Shown here: in pieces, positions 36,966 to 49,267 of the stretch
How positions within the stretch are numbered: the first letter of the stretch is position 1
How the letters are laid out: the number at the start of each line of letters is the position of its first letter
From: an uncultured Gemmatimonadaceae bacterium
GTDB taxonomy: Bacteria > Gemmatimonadota > Gemmatimonadetes > Gemmatimonadales > Gemmatimonadaceae
DNA length: 64,000 nt
Direction of reading: 5' to 3'
Assembly (NCBI GenBank): GCA_963829055.1
Contig: CAWHHI010000004.1
Span: 320,001-384,000, forward strand
Made by a program: the position numbers and the translations under genes
Notes under the pieces: model-generated
Seen by the model: the letters and a program-made list of their open reading frames with translations, nothing else
Told to the model about the DNA's origin: nothing
Database searches by the model: none

Positions 36966-37009
36966 ATGTGGCGAGAGGCCGGCGTATCGAACGCCGGCCT
37001 CTCGCCACA
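36966..37009. terminator. Hairpin between convergent genes
   Basis: TGTGGCGAGAGGCCGGCGT / ACGCCGGCCTCTCGCCACA, a perfect stem. Confidence 0.7.
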
Positions 37010-37064
37010 CGTGGCACATCACGTCTTCCTGGTGTTGCGTCACGCTGACCCGCGTTAGGCTCGA

Positions 37065-38000
37065 TCAGGGTGCAACGGTGATGACCGCGGACGCGGGCTT
37101 CCCATCCGCGGTCACGGTGGCGACGGGCTTGTTCGAGCTAACGCCACGCCCGTCTCGAGCCCGGTCGACGAGACCGTGGCGATCGACGCGTTCGATGTCG
37201 ACCAGCTGACCGTGCGCCCAGTCAGAGGGTTGCCGCTTGCATCTTTCAGCGTGGCGGCTAGTTGGAGCGTGAGTCCCTGCGAGACTGGCTGGGATCCCGC
37301 TGGCGTGATGGCGACATTGGGCGCGGGCGCCGGCACGATGTCGATCGTCGCCGTGCCGCTGACCTGGTCCTGCACGGCTTGCGCGGTGATGATTGCGCGG
37401 CCTAACGAGGCGCCGACGACGACGCCGGCGCCGTTCACTGTCGCGATCCCAGGGTTCGAGGTCGAGAACGCAATCAATCGACCCGAGAGCGCCAATCCAT
37501 CTTTGTCGCTCACCACGACGGTGAGCGGGACTGGTGTACCGATCGGCACGGACGTCGACGACGGGGACAGAACGACGGAATTCACGAGCGGCTGGACGTT
37601 CATGGTCGCGTGCGCCGTTGCCCCATTCACCTGAGCAACGATGACCGTCGCGCCTATCGCGACGCCCGTCACCGTGCCGTTCGCATCGACGGCGGCGACG
37701 TTCGGATTCAGGCTCGACCACGCGACTGTACGGTCCGTCACCCTGTTGCCGGACGCGTCTCGCAATTCGATCGTATACCTGTACGTCCTGCCGAGACGAA
37801 CGGAGTCGATGGCCGCCATCCCTGACGATCGCCGTCACTTTATTTTGGGTCGATGCCGCCCCCTCCTTACAGCCAACGAGCCCGACCGCGATTGCTGCGA
37901 GGGGCAGAACAGCACGACCAAGGAGGGTCGTAGTACGGATGCGTTCCAAGCCGTCGACTGCGCGAGGCAGACCGACGCGCGACATGCGCAAAACGTGCAT
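37065..38000 (-). CDS. Ig-like (BIG2) repeat lipoprotein, frameshifted
   Basis: Lipobox LVGC; three repeats such as WSSLNPNVAAVDANGTVTG, FSTSNPGIATVNGAGVVVG and WSTSNASIATVSSTG. Confidence 0.85.
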   Translation of the reverse strand: MHVLRMSRVGLPRAVDGLERIRTTTLLGRAVLPLAAIAVGLVGCKEGAASTQNKVTAIVRDGGHRLRSSRQDVQVYDRIARRVRQQGDGPYSRVVEPESERRRRRCERHGDGRRDRRDGHRCSGEWGNGARDHERPAAREFRRSVPVVDVRADRYTSPAHRRGERQRWIGALGSIDCVLDLEPWDRDSERRRRRRRRLVRPRNHHRASRAGPGQRHGDDRHRAGARAQCRHHASGIPASLAGTHAPTSRHAERCKRQPSDWAHGQLVDIERVDRHGLVDRARDGRGVSSNKPVATVTADGKPASAVITVAP

Positions 38001-38240
38001 TGATGCTCCTCTGCGAGGACGACGAATGTGCCGCGCATCGAGCTCAGCCGCGCGACACGATACGACCTTGGCGCCGCCTGGAAGAGTCCGGAAAGCGGAC
38101 CTCCGTGGCGGACCCGACACAGACGTATCGACGGCGCAACGAGAACGTCGGCAACATCACCGTGGCGCTGCCGAACTGAGCAATAAGCGTTCCCAATGGT
38201 CGTGTACGCTTGGGCGAAAAACCGCGCCCAGCGCCGGGCG

Positions 38241-40328
38241 TCAGGCGCCTACGCCGAGTGGCGACCGTGACGCGCGCTCGAGTTGCGACGGAAGCGCCGC
38301 TGGATCGCTCGTCGGCTCCTCGCACAGGTACTGACGGCACACGTACGCCGTTGCCTGATCGTCTCGCGGCGGCTTGTCCGCGAGCAACGCGATACGCACC
38401 GCCGCCGTCTGCTGCTGGCGCGGCCCCGCCGGCGATGACGAGCGACGGGACGTAGTGCGCTGCCGACGGCGTCGGCGAGCGCGCGGAAATCGTCCGCGGC
38501 AGGGATCACCGGCGAGCGCGACTTCGACCGCGCCGTGCACGGCCATGTCGGCGGCGCCGAGCATGTGCCCGAACGCCGGCGCATAACGAGCGAGCGGCTC
38601 GCTCAGCGACTCGAGCACGCGCATCGCGCGCTCGCCGCCGCGCGTCATCGCCGAGGAGCTCGGCCAGGCGGAGCAGCAGGTCGACCGCGAGCGACGTCCC
38701 GGCAGGGACGGCGTTGTCCGTGATGTCGCGCGGCCGCGTGAGCAGCGTCTCGTGGTCACTGGCGGTATCGAAGTACGCGCCAACGCTCTCGTCCCAGAAC
38801 CATCGTCGACCGCGTCAGCGATGGTGCGCGCGGCGTCGAGCCACCGACGGTCGAACGTCAGCCCGTAGACGTCGAGGAATCCGAGCGCGACGGCGGCGTG
38901 GTCCTCGAGGTAGCCGGCGATCCGCGTCACGCCGGCGGTGTGCGATCGCATGACGCGACCGTCGCGGACCATTTCCCGCAGCAGGAACTCGGCATTCCGC
39001 ACCGCGAGCGCGCGGTAGTCGTCGCGACCGAACGCGCGCGCCGCTTCCGCGATCGCCGCGAAGCATGAGGCCGTTCCACGCGGCGAGGACTTTCTCGTCG
39101 CGACCAGGCCGCTCGCGCCGCGCGCGTCGTGCCAGCAGTGCCGCGCGCGCATTGGCCACGGCCTCGGCCACGTCAGCCACCGGCACGCCGGCGCGCGCCG
39201 CGACCACGCCGCATCTCGTGCGGCGCGTGCAGAATGTACTTTCCTTCGAAGTTCGGTTCCTGCGCGACGCCCCAGTACGCGGTCGCGAGCGACCCGTCCT
39301 CGCCTAACGCGCGCTCGAGCTCGTCGCGCGTCCAGACGTAGAACGTTCCCTCGTGGCCCTCGCTGTCCGCGTCGAGCGAGGAGTAGAAGCCACCGGCTGG
39401 CGACGTCATCTCGCGCGCGACCCAGTCGATCGTCTCCTCGGTCACGCGACGTACTTCGTCGTCGTGCGTCGCCTGCCAGAGGTGCACGCCCAGCCGCGAC
39501 AGCAGCGCGTTGTCGTACAGCATCTTTTCGAAGTGCGGCACGAGCCAGATGGCGTCCACCGCATAACGATGGAAGCCGCCGCCGAGCTGATCGTAGATGC
39601 CGCCGCGCGCCATCTTGCGGAACGACGTCGTCGACCATCTCGAGCGCGTAGTCGGTGCCGGTGCGGCGCCAGTAGCGCAGCAGGAAGTCCAGCGTCATCG
39701 CCTGCGGAAACTTCGGCGCGCCATCGAAGCCGCCGTTCCGGGCGTCGTAGCGCTGCGCGATCGTCGCGATACGCGCGCTCGAGCGTCGTCGCCGTGAGCT
39801 GCGCCGGTGGAGCGGGTCGGCAGCGCTCGTGCTCGCGTAGAGCTCGCGCATGCTTCGCCGCGGTTTCGTCGACACTGCTCGCGCCGAGTCCGATACGCGT
39901 CCGCGACGGCCTGCAGCACGCGCCGGAACGACGGCATGCCGTGCCGGTCGTCCGGCGGGAAGTACGTGCCGGTGTAGAACGGCACGCGTGTCGGGCGTGA
40001 GGAACACTGTCATCGGCCAGCCGCCATGACCGGTCATCGCCTGCGTCGCCTGCATGTAGATGCTGTCGAGGTCCGGACGCTCCTCGCGGTCGACCTTGAT
40101 GTTCACGAACAGCTCGTTCATGAGCCGCGCGGTCTCCTCGTCCTCGAACGACTCGTGCGCCATGACGTGGCACCAGTGACACGCCGCGTAGCCGATGCTG
40201 AGGAGGATCGGCTTGTCTTCCCGCCGCGCCCGCTCGAGCGCCTCCTCACCCCACGGATACCAATCCACCGGGTTCTCGGCGTGCTGCGCGAGGTAGGGGC
40301 TCGTTTCGTTCGCGAGGCGGTTGGGCAT
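38241..40328 (-). CDS. YyaL/SPATA20-family thioredoxin-domain glycoside-hydrolase-fold protein, frameshifted
   Basis: [70 protein letters not shown] and YLEDHA. Confidence 0.92.
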   Translation of the reverse strand: MPNRLANETSPYLAQHAENPVDWYPWGEEALERARREDKPILLSIGYAACHWCHVMAHESFEDEETARLMNELFVNIKVDREERPDLDSIYMQATQAMTGHGGWPMTVFLTPDTRAVLHRHVLPAGRPARHAVVPARAAGRRGRVSDSARAVSTKPRRSMRELYASTSAADPLHRRSSRRRRSSARIATIAQRYDARNGGFDGAPKFPQAMTLDFLLRYWRRTGTDYALEMVDDVVPQDGARRHLRSARRRLPSLCGGRHLARAALRKDAVRQRAAVAAGRAPLAGDARRRSTSRDRGDDRLGRARDDVASRWLLLLARRGQRGPRGNVLRLDARRARARVRRGRVARDRVLGRRAGTELRRKVHSARAARDAAWSRRAPACRWLTWPRPWPMRARHCWHDARGASGLVATRKSSPRGTASCFAAIAEAARAFGRDDYRALAVRNAEFLLREMVRDGRVMRSHTAGVTRIAGYLEDHAAVALGFLDVYGLTFDRRWLDAARTIADAVDDGSGTRALARTSIPPVTTRRCSRGRATSRTTPSLPGRRSRSTCCSAWPSSSAMTRGGERAMRVLESLSEPLARYAPAFGHMLGAADMAVHGAVEVALAGDPCRGRFPRARRRRRQRTTSRRSSSPAGPRQQQTAAVRIALLADKPPRDDQATAYVCRQYLCEEPTSDPAALPSQLERASRSPLGVGA

Positions 40329-40332
40329 GAAG

Positions 40333-40480
40333 CCGGAGGGAGGAAGGAGGCCGGAGGACGGAGGACGGCGGAGGGCGAACGGCAGACTGGTCAAGCCGTC
40401 TCGAGCAGGAAACGTACTTCGCGCACGTCACGCCGCCGTTGGCGCATCGGCCTCCTCCGGACGCCTCCGTCCTCCGGCTC
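40333..40480. repeat. GGAGGMC-type heptamer array with inverted partner
   Basis: The 25-mer GGAGGAAGGAGGCCGGAGGACGGAG at 40339 is identical to the one at 11709; inverted CCTCCGTCCTCCGGCT near 40464. Confidence 0.7.
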
Positions 40481-41848
40481 AGCCAACGGCCTCATCGATG
40501 ATGACCCGGCGCATCGTGCGGCCGAGCCTAACGCGGACGCGCGCGAGCAGGATGAGCGCGACGGCGGCGAGCCCGACGACGATGCCCCACCAGAGGCCAA
40601 CGGCGCCGCCGCCGTAGCGGAACGTGAGTACCCAGCTCACCGGCAAACCGATCAGCCAGAAGCCCACGACGTTGATGATCGCTGGCGCATGCGTATCGCC
40701 GATGCCGCGGAGCACGCCGGCTGCCACGGCCTGCAGGCCGTCGAACACCTGGAACACGCCGGCGATCGGAATCAGCGTGGCGGCGAGCGCAATGACCGTC
40801 GGCGTCACCCGTGTACGACGCGCGCGAGTGCGGCGGGGAAGAGCCGGAACGCGAGCGCGCTCACGCACATGAACGACGTGCCGATGAAGATGCCGGCGAT
40901 GGCCGATCGTCGGGCCGCGCCTCGTCACCCGCGCCGATCGCCTGACCGACGAGCACCGCCGTCGCGGTCGAGACGCCGAGCGGCACCATGAACGTGAACG
41001 ACGCGAGGTTGATGGCGATCTGGTGCGCCGCCATCTGACGTCGTGCCGAGCACACCCATGAGGAGCGCGGCGGCGGCGAACGCGCCGTATTCGAGCAGGT
41101 ACTGCAGCCCGATCGGAAGTCCGAGGCGCAGCATCCGAATCGAGCGGGCCGATCGCGGCAGTCTCTGGTCGCCACGGCGTCAGGTCGGTGCTAGAGCTCT
41201 CGCCCGGAAATCGCGAGCAGCAGCAGCGCCATCACCCAGCGGCTGATGCTCGTGGCGAGCGATGAACCGCCGACGCCCAGCGCCGGCGAGCCGAGGTTGC
41301 CGTAGATGAACACCCAGTTCAGTCCGGCGTTGAGCAGGTTCGCGACGCAGCACGGTCCACAGGACCGGCGCCACGCGGCCCATCGCCTGCAGCGATTGTC
41401 GGAACACGATGAACGCGTAGAACGGAAACACGCCGGGAATCGCAATGCGCACGTAGCGTCGCCGCGTCGGGGATGACTTCCGGCGGCTGCCCGAGCAGCG
41501 TCAGAGCACCCACGTGACGGGCACGAACGTCGCGCACGTGACGACGGTCAGCGCGAGCGCAGAGCACGAGCCCGCGTTGGAGCGCGCGCGAGATCGCCTC
41601 CTCGTCGCGCGCTCCGACGCTCTGCGAGATGACCGGGTCGAGGGCCATGAGCGTGCCCTGTCCGAAGATGCCGGCGATGAAGAAGTAGAGGTTGCCGAGC
41701 GCCGCGGCTGCGAGCGCCGACGGGCGATACGTGACCGACCATGATGGTGTCGATGACACCCATCGCCATGATCCCGAGCTGCACGGCGGCGACGGGCAGC
41801 GCGAGCCGAAGCATGGCGCGGAGGTCGGAGGACGAGGGGCGAAGCACG
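40479..41848 (-). CDS. MATE (NorM-like) efflux transporter, frameshifted
   Basis: [42 protein letters not shown] and [21 protein letters not shown]. Confidence 0.9.
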
Positions 41849-42044
41849 ATGACGCGTTGAGGGTGCGTGCGGAAACTAACGTATCTGCCTCGCCGCTCTG
41901 TCATGCGCATCGCGCATACGCATCGCGCCTCCCGGCTCGCGCCACTTCCAGAGGAAGCCGATGGGCTCTCATCTTCAGTGAATCGGTCGATTCCCTCCGC
42001 CCGGCTTCGCCGGGCCCCCGCTCTATTCCCGATTCCCTACGTCA

Positions 42045-43426
42045 ATGACGTCAGACCTCGATCGCTATCTCACTGAGCACGACGCCGCATCCACGATGAG
42101 CTGTTCGATCTCCTGCGCATCCCGAGCGTGAGCGCGCGCTCCGAGCATGCGGCCGACGTGCGGCGGGCGGCCGAGTGGGTGCGGGACTCGCTCGCGCGCA
42201 TCGGCTTCGACGCGTCGCTCCACGAGACGCCCGGTCACCCGATCGTCCTGGCGGAATGGCGAAAGGCTCCCGGCGCGCCGACGATCCTCGTCTACGGGCA
42301 CTACGACGTGCAGCCGGCCGAGCCGCTCGACCTGTGGGAGTCACCGCCGTTCGAGCCGACGATTCGCGATGGGCGCATCTACGCGCGCGGGTCGGTGGAT
42401 GACAAAGGACAGCTCTTTCTCCACGTGAAGGCGCTCGAGGCGCACCTGGCCGTTCGCGGCAAGCTGCCCGTGAACGTGATCGTGCTCGCGGAAGGGGAAG
42501 AGGAAGTCGGCAGCGAGAACCTCGAGCGACTTCATCGCCGCGAACGCGAAGCGCCTCGCCGCGGACGCGGTCGTGATCTCGGACTCGTCGATGTTCGCGC
42601 CGGGCCAGCCGTCGATTCTGTCGTCGCTGCGCGGGCTCGCGTACTTCGAGATCAACGTGACCGGTCCGACCGTCGATCTGCACTCGGGGAGCTACGGCGG
42701 CGCCGTCGTGAATCCGGCGACGGCACTGGCGCGCATCATCGCGACGTTCCACGACGAGAACGGCCACATTGCGATTCCCGGGCTTCTACGATGCGGTGCG
42801 CGATTGGGGCGACGACGCACGCGCCGCCATTCGGAAGCTGTCCGTTCGACGAGCACGGGTTTCCAGCACGAGACGGGCGCGCCGGCGTTAGGCGGCGAGA
42901 ACGGGTACTCGACGCTCGAGCGGATCTGGACTCGGCCCACGTGCGAGGTGAACGGTCTGCTCAGTGGCTATACGGGCGAGGGCGCGAAGACGGTGCTGCC
43001 GTCGAAGGCGATGGCGAAGGTGAGCTGCCGTCTGGTGCCGGATCAGAAGCCGGACGGAGATCGGACGCCTGATGGAGGCGCACGTGCGCCGCGTCGCGCC
43101 GAAGGGCGTGACGGTGACGGTGGAGCACCTGCACGGTGGACGTCCGTGGCGCGCGGAGCTGAATGGCCCGGTGTTCGACGCCGCGCGTCGCGCGCTGGCG
43201 GCCGCGTTCGGGCGCGAGCCGGTGATCGTGGGCGAGGGCGGATCGATCCCGGTGGTCGGCGACTTCCAGCGCATCCTCGGCACCCCGGTGCTGCTCATGG
43301 GCTTCGGGCTGCCCGGGCGAGAACGCGCACGCGCCTAACGAATGGATGAGCGACGAGAACTTCGTGAACGGCGCGAAGGCGGTCGCGGCGTTCTGGGACG
43401 AGCTCTCGACGAGCTCGCGGAGCTGA
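42045..43426 (+). CDS. M20-family dipeptidase, frameshifted
   Basis: [41 protein letters not shown] and HAPNE. Confidence 0.92.
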
Positions 43427-43527
43427 CGACCACCAACTGACCAGCTGGCACCGGTTGCGGGCGTCCGCGGCGTGACACAGACAGTGTCCAAGGCGTAGGA
43501 CAGCCGACCGCAGCGCCCGCTTTCGGC

Positions 43528-43556
43528 TTGACGCGTGTATCCTGCTGTATACCAAT
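43528..43556 (+). promoter_or_regulatory. Possible sigma70 promoter for the beta-barrel gene
   Basis: TTGACG followed by TATACCAAT in an AT-richer intergenic stretch; the -10 spacing is imperfect. Confidence 0.3.
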
Positions 43557-43661
43557 AGGCTTACAGCGTTCCTCCGCTCTCGGCGCCGCACGGCACCGGT
43601 CCTGCTTTACAGGGTGACGTATTCCCTAACGTCTACAGTCCGCAGAGAGAAGGGAGGATAG

Positions 43662-44290
43662 ATGAAACGCTTCGTACTTCGCACCTCGATGTTGGCGCTC
43701 GCCGCCATCGTCGTCCGCGATTCCGCTGGCCGCGCAGCAGGCCAAGCCGACAGTGTTCGACGTATCCCGTACGCCGGCTACATGATGTTCGGCAAGCTGT
43801 TCGAAGGGCCCGATCGGCACGAGCGTGTCGGCCGGTAGCGGCCCGGTGTACGGTGCCCAGATGAGCCTAACGATGGCGAAGAACGTCGCCCTCTACGGCA
43901 ACGTGGGCTACTCGAGCTCCGACCTGAAGATCGGGCTCCCGATCATCGGTGGACTCGACGTCGGGCTCGAGCAAGGCGCTCCTGTACGACGGTGGCGTCG
44001 AGCTCAAGATCCCCATGCAGGCCGCATCAATGGTGACGCCGTTCGTGCAGGGTGGTGTCGGCGCGATTCGCTACGAGGTCTAGTCCGGTTTCCTGAACAC
44101 GAACGCCACGAACGTCGCGTACAACTTCGGCGGTGGCGTCGACGTGCAGCTCAGCCCGAACTTCGGCGTCCGGCTCATGGCGAAGGATTACCTCGGCAAG
44201 TTCGACTTCAAGGAAGCCACGTCGTTCGACCTGAACGGCAAGACCACGAACAACGTCGCGCTGACCCTCGGCGTGAACTTCGGGTTCTAG
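43662..44290 (+). CDS. Outer-membrane beta-barrel protein, frameshifted, with an in-frame TAG at 44081
   Basis: GGAGGA RBS, signal peptide, PFVQGGVGAI, NFGGGVD and terminal LGVNFGF. Confidence 0.8.
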
Positions 44291-44350
44291 CCGTCTGATC
44301 GAGGTGACGCGCGCCGACCGGGCACGGGTTAGGCAGGATGACCAGGATCG

Positions 44351-44385
44351 GTGCGGCCCGCGACCGAACAGGTTGCGGGCCGCAC
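44351..44385 (+). terminator. Hairpin downstream of the beta-barrel gene
   Basis: GTGCGGCCCGCGACC / GGTTGCGGGCCGCAC. Confidence 0.5.
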
Positions 44386-44426
44386 GCACGAAGCACCAAC
44401 ATCCGCTGGAATCCTCGAGGCACGAC

Positions 44427-44871
44427 ATGCGTCACTTGAGTACCGCTGGTACCGCTTTGCTCGTCGCCGCGATCGCCGCCTGTTCGAGCAACACCACGGC
44501 CGACGTGAGTGCGCCGGCGCAGACGAACAGCCACGACGCACGCAGCAGGAGGTCGGGCAAGGCGTTCACGATGAAGATCGGTGAATCGATCGTCAGTGGG
44601 TGAACTTGCGCCTCACGTTCAGGAGCGTCGAGGGTGATTCGCGCTGCCCCATCGACGCCGTCTGCGTCTGGGCTGGCGACGCCGAGATCGCGCTCAAGAT
44701 CGAGCAGGCGAATCAGGGCCGCGGTCGCGGCGCTGCACACGACGCTCGAGCCGAAGAAGACCGAGTGGAACGGGTACACGATCAGCCTCGTGAGTCTCAC
44801 GCCGTGCGGCGCAAGCCGCGCGACGCGGTGAATCCGCGGACTATCGCGCGGAAGTGGTCGTGACGCGCTAG
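44427..44871 (+). CDS. Small lipoprotein, frameshifted
   Basis: Lipobox IAAC and a DSRCPIDAVCVWAGDA motif. Confidence 0.75.
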
Positions 44872-44896
44872 TCGCCATCTCGACTGAGTCTCGCGG

Positions 44897-44924
44897 AGGG
44901 CCGCCCTGACAGGCGGCCCTTTGT
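44897..44924 (+). terminator. Putative intrinsic terminator
   Basis: AGGGCCGCC-loop-GGCGGCCCT followed by TTGT. Confidence 0.55.
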
Positions 44925-45092
44925 CATCTCCGGACAGGTCGCGGTGGGATACTGGTATGGTCGACCGAAACACGTCGGGCTGCATTGGGGGAGGCGGTTG
45001 GGTGGTCCCGTGGCCATATTACCGGCTTCGCATCCGCCTCGCGGCCGCCGCTACCGGTGGCCGCGGGCCGACGATTTCCCCGCCACGCACGC

Positions 45093-47478
45093 ATGCGCGC
45101 CCTCGCTGCACTGCTCGCCGTCACGCACGTCACTGATCCAGGCGATACCTACAGTGGCCGGGAAAGGAAGCTCGATGTTCCGCCGCCACGCATCGAGGCC
45201 GATGTCATAGTCGACGGCGCGCTGACTGAGCCGGCCTGGAGTCAGGCCGCGGTGCTCACCGGGTTCTCGCAGTTCCAGCCGGTGGACGGTCGCCCGCCAC
45301 CGACTCGACCCAGGTGCTCGTGTGGTACTCGGCGACGGCGATCCACTTCGGGATTCGCGCGTACGAGGCACACGGCGTCGTGAACGCGAACCTGCTCGAC
45401 CGCGACAAGATCTTCACGGACGACAACATCCAGATCCTGCTCGGCACGTTCAACGACGGGCGTCAGGCGATGGTGTTCTCGGTGAACCCGCTGGGCATCC
45501 AGGCGGACGGCACGCTGAACGAAGGCACCGGTAGCCGAGGCGGTGGCGCGTTCGGCAGCGCGCAACAGGCGCGGGAGCAGGCGGACCTGAGCGCGAACTT
45601 CGTGTTCGAGTCCAAGGGTCACGTCACCGATTTCGGGTATCAGGTCGAGATTCGGATTCCGTTCAAGAGCCTGCGCTACCAGTCGAAGGACGTCGCAGGA
45701 CTGGGGAATCAACGTCGTTAGGCAGGTGCAGCACCTCGGCCAGGAGGACAGCTGGGTGCCGGCGAGCCGAGCGGGCGCGTCGTTCCTCGAACCAGTCAGG
45801 GCGCCTGATCGGACTGAATGGATCTGCGCCGAGGACTCGTGGTCGACGTCATTCCGGAAGTCGTGACGCGCAGCCTCGGGGCGGAGGATGCCACGACGGG
45901 GCAGTGGGACTACACGCGCGATGGGCCGCAGGTCGGCGGCAACGTGCGGTGGGGCATCACGAACAACCTGACGTTCAACGGTACCGTCAACCCGGACTTC
46001 GCGCAGGTCGAGGCGGACGTCGCGGCAATTCAATACGACCCGCGCGCCGCTGTGTCGTATCCGGAGCGGCGACCGTTCTTTCTCGAGGGCATCGAGAATT
46101 TCTCGATCGCCGAGCAATCTGGTATACACGCGCCGCATCGTGAAACCGGACGGCGCGGCGAAGCTGACGGGGAAGATCGCCGGGACGAACATCGCGTTCC
46201 TGTCGGCGCTGGACGATCGCACGACGTCACTCGACTGGGCGAATCCGGCCACGCGGGCTGACGCGAACCGGCCGTTGTACAACATTCTGCGCGCCACCCG
46301 CGATCTTGGCGGCCAGTCGCGCGTGGGTCTCGTCTACACCGACAAGGTCGATGGGAGCTACTACAATCGCGTCGCCGGCAGTCGATGGGCGCTTCGTGTT
46401 CAAGAAGATCTACACGGTGCGCGGGCAGGTCGCGGGCAGCACGACGCATCGCGGCCCGGTGACGGCGAACGCACCGCTCTGGAACGCGTCGTTCGATCGA
46501 CAGGCCCGCAGCCTTCGACTCACGTATTCGATCAACGCGAGCGATCCGGATTTCCGCGCGGCGTCGGGCTTCCTGTCGCGCATCGGCATCGTGAATACGG
46601 GCTTCAATCATCGCTACACGATCTTCGGCAAGAAGGACGGGCTCGTGCAGTCGATGCAGTTCTCGGTGAACCTCAGTTGACGTGGCAGTACGACCGGTTC
46701 ACTGCTGGGAAGTCATGGCAGGACGGGAAGCTGCACTTCAACGAGAACACGACGTTTCGCGGTGGGTGGCGTGCTGGCGCCTCGCTGCTGCTCGAGCGGT
46801 TCGGCTTCGATGACAATCTGTATCGCGACTATCGCCTGCTGAAGCCGGCCGCGGCGGGGTTCGACACGATTCCGTTCACGGGCGTCGGTCGCCTCAACAA
46901 CCTGGACTGGGTGCTCTCGCTCGGCACGCCGCAGTTCAAGCGATTCTCCGCCGACCTGCTCGACCATCTGGGGGCAGGACGAGAACTTCTACGAGTGGTC
47001 GTCGGCGAACATCGTGACGATCACGGCGAACGTGAGCTGGCGCCCGATCGACAAGCTCCGCGATCGACGCGCAGTACCAGCACCTCGAGTACAACCGGAA
47101 GACGGACGGCAGTCGACGGTCGGCATCCGGAAGATCCCACGTCTCAAGGTCGAGTATCAGATCGCGCGGCCGATGTTCTTCCGGGTCGTCGGGCAGTACG
47201 ACGCGGAGCAGCAGGCGGCGCTGTACGATGACTCGCGCACCTTCTACCCGATCGTTAGGCCGCTGCCGTATCAGCCCGGCGTCGTCGCGCAGGATCTGGG
47301 TTTCTCGCGGAACGATCTGCGCGTGGACTGGCTGTTCTCCTACCAGCCGACACCGGGTACGGTGATGTTCGCGGGGTACGGCGGATCGTACGAGGGTCCG
47401 GAACACCTGCGCTTCAGCGGCATGGAGCGCACGGATGATGGCTTCTTCGTGAAGCTCAGCTACCTGTTCCGGATGTAG
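45093..47478 (+). CDS. CBM9-like/DUF5916 outer-membrane protein, frameshifted
   Basis: VDGALTEPAW, FNDGRQAMVFSVNPLGIQAD, EIRIPFKSLRY, NPDFAQVEAD, ERRPFFLEG and terminal FFVKLSYLFRM. Confidence 0.85.
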
Positions 47479-47524
47479 ATCTCGTTTCGGACTGGCTCCC
47501 TGCTTCGACTGCTATCTCAGACTA

Positions 47525-47774
47525 GCATCTCAGACGAATGACGCGAACGGATTCGTCTGATCAGGCGGATTGATTCCTCGTCATCCCGAGCGGCAGCGAG
47601 GGACCTTCTCGACCGTCATCATGGCCAATCCTGCTACGATGCCATCACAGAAGGTCCCTCCCTTCGTCGCTGCGCTCCTCAGGGCAGGCTCCGGCGCTCC
47701 TCGGGATGACACATGACGCATGGAGTCAATCCGTCCGATCCGATGCATCCGTTGGCGCCCTTCGTCTGAGATGC
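47525..47774. repeat. Nested fold-back: ~54 bp outer inverted repeat around palindromic repeat copy C (47580-47710)
   Basis: Outer GCATCTCAGACGAA/TTCGTCTGAGATGC; inner GTCATCCCGAG/CTCGGGATGAC and GAGGGACCTTCT/AGAAGGTCCCTC. Confidence 0.8.
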
Positions 47775-47778
47775 CAGC

Positions 47779-48154
47779 TCAGGCTGTCGCGGGGCGGGAC
47801 TCGCGGTGCGTGAACGTCGCGTAGCCGACGATGATGCCGAGGATCGCGCCAGGCGTCATGATCTGCCAGTAGTACGCTGGCTGGCCCGCCGCGACCTGCA
47901 TGCGTGAGACGCCGAACGCGAGCAGCGTCCCGATCGCGAAGCCGAACAGGATCGCCGAGCGGGAGGGAGTTGACCTTTCGCGCGAACCAGCCGATCAGGA
48001 CGCCGGCGATGAGTCCCTTGACCGTCGAGCCGATAACGATGCCGACAATCCCGGCGCGGACGTTCGGGTCGTCGCCGGCGGAGACGAGCGCCGACAGGCC
48101 GTCGGGGATCCCGAGGGCGCCGCCGAGGAGCATGCCGAAGAGGGGTTTCTTCAT
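47779..48154 (-). CDS. Small multi-TM membrane protein, frameshifted
   Basis: MKKPLFGMLLGGALG...GSTVKGLIAGVLIGWFARK...YWQIMTPGAILGIIVGYAT. Confidence 0.75.
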
Positions 48155-48174
48155 TGGACGGTTAGGCGATAGGA

Positions 48175-48205
48175 GGGAACAGGGAACCGGGAACGGGGAA
48201 CAGAG
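48175..48205. repeat. GGGAACN heptamer tandem array
   Basis: GGGAACA GGGAACC GGGAACG GGGAACA. Confidence 0.7.
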
Positions 48206-48244
48206 AGCTGCTCATATCCTCATTCAACGTCGACGCGTTGTCCT

Positions 48245-49267
48245 TTAGCGAGGGACTGCTACCGCCCGACGACGGCGAGGAACGTCGACGCGCATGATCA
48301 GGTACGCCAGCACGAGCAGGATGGGCGTACTGTGGCGCATCGCGAAGCGACGGACGCGCTCGAACACGTTCTCCCGGTAGGCGGTGACCGGTTCGCCGGC
48401 GCGAAGTGCGGCGACGTCGCGCGCGAGCGCCATCACGTCCGCATACCGATGCTCCGGTTCGTGCGGCCATTGCCCTGTCGAATGATCGCCTGGAGCGGAC
48501 GAGCGGGCGTCGCGCGCACTCATCCGCTGTCCGACGTGTCGGTACGATCGCCGGTGCATCGCACAGATCGCGCAGGATCGCGCCGATGGCGTAGACGTCC
48601 GCGCGCGCATCGACGAGCGCGGGATCGCCAGCGCCTGCTCGGGCGCCATGTAGCCCGGTGTCCCGAGCACGACGCCGTGGCCGGTCGTTGGCTCGATGTG
48701 CCGTCCGCCGCGACGACGGCGGCGTCCACGCCTAACGACATCGCGGCGTCGCCGATCATCTTCGCGACGCCCCAATCCATCACCAGCACCTCGCCGAATG
48801 GGCCGACCATCACGTTCTGCGGCTTGAGGTCGCGATGGATGACGCCGTGCGCGTGCGCGAACGCGACCGCCTCACAGATTCGCTCGACGATCCGCCAGTC
48901 GCTCGGTCAGACGGTGATGCGGGCAGCGCGTCCAGCGGGCGCCGCGCACGAGCTTCATCGCGTAGAACGCTCGTCCGTCCGCGAGCGTGCCGACGTCGTG
49001 GACGGGCACGATCCCCGGATGTTCCAGCTGCGCGAGCGTGCGCGCCTCACGCGATCATCCGCGACGGCGACATCCGGCGAGACTTCGGGCAGACGGATGA
49101 CCTTGAGCGCCACGTCACGCGCCAGCTCGCGATCGCGCGCGCGGTACACGGTGCCCATGCCGCCTTGCCCGACGCGCTCGATGATCTCGTACTTCGTGCC
49201 GCTCAGGTCCGGCGCGTCGGCGGCGTCACGCAGCCGACGGAGCGCGGCATCGGACAAGCCCGCTCAT
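48245..49267 (-). CDS. Hanks-type Ser/Thr protein kinase with a single C-terminal TM, frameshifted
   Basis: [51 protein letters not shown] and DVYAIG. Confidence 0.9.

Noticed and set aside
40391..40447. Tiny [21 protein letters not shown] between the MATE and YyaL genes
   Set aside because: It lies in the loop of a repeat hairpin and has no supporting coding evidence.
43446..43460. Sigma54 promoter TGGCAC...TTGC
   Set aside because: The spacer is 3 nt rather than the required 5.
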